Assembly (NCBI GenBank): GCA_002104895.1
Contig: MCFG01000093.1
Coordinates: 124,001-185,292, forward strand
Length of the DNA: 61,292 nt
Direction: 5' to 3'
Source: Anaeromyces robustus
Taxonomy: Eukaryota
The notes beneath the pieces were generated by a model. The model did no database searches, had not been told where the DNA came from, and saw only the letters and a list, made by a program, of their open reading frames with translations. Below are positions 58,621 through 61,292 of this stretch, in pieces; position 1 is the first letter of the stretch; each line of letters starts with the position of its first letter. A program made the translations under genes and the position numbers.

Positions 58621-61037
58621 ATTATATATTTATACTTTAATATATATATTTACTATTTAGTTTTTATTTTTTATATATTTGTAATTATAAAATAAAAAAT
58701 AAAATTATTTATTTCCTATAGAACGAAAATAAAATTAAGTAAAAAAAAATTTTTTTTTAAAAATAAAAAGAAATTATAATAATTATTAATATGGATATTA
58801 TAGATATATTAAATTTATATTAATAAAGTTTAAGTATTGGTTTAAATTATGTGGATTAATTTTTTTGAGATTTAAATTTAATTATTTAATGCTTAAATAA
58901 TTAAATATTTTTGATTTTACCTATTAACAAAATATTATATTATATTATATATTTAATATGCTTTTTTTTAGTAACATTTAAATGTTATATAGATATTTTT
59001 TTTTTTCTTATTAAGGCATTTAAAAAAAAAAATTTTTTTTTCTATAAAAGTTACATACATAATATAAAATAATTTTTTTATAATAATAGCAATCATTTTT
59101 AGATATAATAATTAAAAACAAAATGTACATTGATTTGTAAAAAGAAAAAATAAAAAAAAAAAAATAAAAATAAAAAATAAAAAAATAAAAAAATAAATAA
59201 ATCCTTAATATTAATATTATTTAATGCTTAAATAGTATATATAATAGAAAGAAAAGTGAATTTCTAATATACAATTGTGTATAAAATAAATAAAAATAAC
59301 AAATAAAGACATAATATTTTTTTTTTCTTTTCATTTACTTTTATTGTTTATATTTTATATTTTATATAAATAAATTTAAATAAATATTAATTACTTATTA
59401 TTATTTATTATATCAATTTGAAATGTAACAACAAAAAATTAATTATTATTATTAAAAGGAAATAAATAACATGTTAATAATCATAATTATAATACTTTAT
59501 TCTTTGTAAAAAATATATATACAAATATATACAATATTTTGTATCTATAAATTTGGTTTTTATTTTTTTTATTATTTTGTAAAATTTTTAAAATTTTAGA
59601 AAGAATAAATCCACATTTTTTTTTACTATTAAAAGTGTTGTTAAACATTAGTGACCACTCATATTGTTACATTTTAATATAAATCACTATAATTTTATTG
59701 GGTTAACTGTAAAATCATTGAATGTAATTAAAGTAAAAAAGTCTCATAATCTTTTTTTTTTTATTTAGTTTTTTTAAAATGACCAAAAATTTAACTTGTT
59801 AGTTAATGATTAATATAATAAAAAAGGCTTTATTAATTTATTCATTAATAAAAAATATATATATATTTTAAAATTTTAAATAAATATAATATAATATTAT
59901 ATAATATATGTTTATATATTTATATAATATTTAAGTTAATATGATCAAATATATTTTAATACTAATACTGTTGTAAATGTTTAAGTTTTGTATAGTATAA
60001 ATTAAATTATATTTAGTATATATCTATACTTTATTGAGTGTACATATATACTAAATACTAATAATTTAAAATCAGCTAGTAGAAATACTCTTATAGATTT
60101 TAAATTATTAGTATTTACTATATTTTTTATTATTCATTTTATAGTTAATAAAACTTATTTTCTATTTTTTTTTATATGTATAATTTATTTAAAAAAAAAA
60201 AATAAAAAATAAAAAATAATAATATGCTGTTAAATATATATTTATGTATTACAACAAAAAAAAAAATCCCCGATTGTAACAAATGATTTATATGAATTTA
60301 AAACGAGGGATAAAAATAAAAATGTTATTAATTAAATTATATTTTATTATTTATCTATATTTAAAGTAGAATTTCTCTTTTTTTTTTTTTTTGTGTGTAT
60401 ATAATATATCAATATAATATTTCTAATTATGATAATAATAAAACTAAATAATAAATGAGATTATATATAAAAATTTTATAATTATTTCTTCACATATAAT
60501 ATATTTATAAGTTGTATAATAATTAATTATTATTTAGTTTATTACGATTTACTATTATTTATATTTGTATAATAAAATGATTCTTAATTAATATTTATTT
60601 ATTTATTTGATATTTTCTTATTTATTTATTAATTATATATATAATTATTTTCTTAATAATTTCTTGATTATTTATTTATTTATTTATTTAATTTTTTTAA
60701 TTTTCATATATATTATAATATATTACTAAATATAATTTTTAATATATTTCCAATATAAGTATATATATAATTTAATCAATCATTTAATATATTAATATAT
60801 TTACAAAGTTAAATTTTAATGAAAAAAGCATGCTATTATAAATCAACATTTAGAAATAGTTTTTGATGATTATATATAAATAAATTAAGTTTTGATGTTT
60901 TAATTGATTTAAAATATATTGGATTATATTAAATTTATATATTAAGAAATATTAAATATTATTATTATCCATCAAATATCAAATAATAGTAACTTTTAAT
61001 ATTCTAATATTAAATAAATAAGTAAATCAATCAATCA

Positions 61038-61292
<255 letters not shown>

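Overview
Extremely AT-rich, intron-rich eukaryotic nuclear DNA with abundant (AAT)n, (TAAA)n and poly-A/T tracts. The fungal gene content and composition suggest an early-diverging fungus, most likely an anaerobic gut fungus (Neocallimastigomycota); this is an inference. The ORF track is misleading because most genes are spliced. By following GT..AG junctions and reading frames by hand I reconstructed 12 protein-coding genes: class IV chitin synthase (3' part), a ~1660 aa Clr2-N-domain N/Q-rich protein, shugoshin, SRP68, a membrane-anchored SET-domain protein, an intronless tandem-CBM21 protein, FRG1, an SH3-DH-PH-PX RhoGEF, DPH4, a long-chain-base phosphate phosphatase (LCB3-like), a signal peptide/TM/SH3 protein, and TRM44. 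I recognised no tRNA, rRNA, CRISPR array or intact transposon. The most unusual items are the TM-anchored bacterial-style SET protein, the tandem CBM21 protein lacking both a catalytic domain and a signal peptide (HGT candidate), the RhoGEF with a Bem1-type PX domain, and the Clr2-like protein head-to-head with shugoshin. All family calls come from motif recognition by eye, not from database searches.
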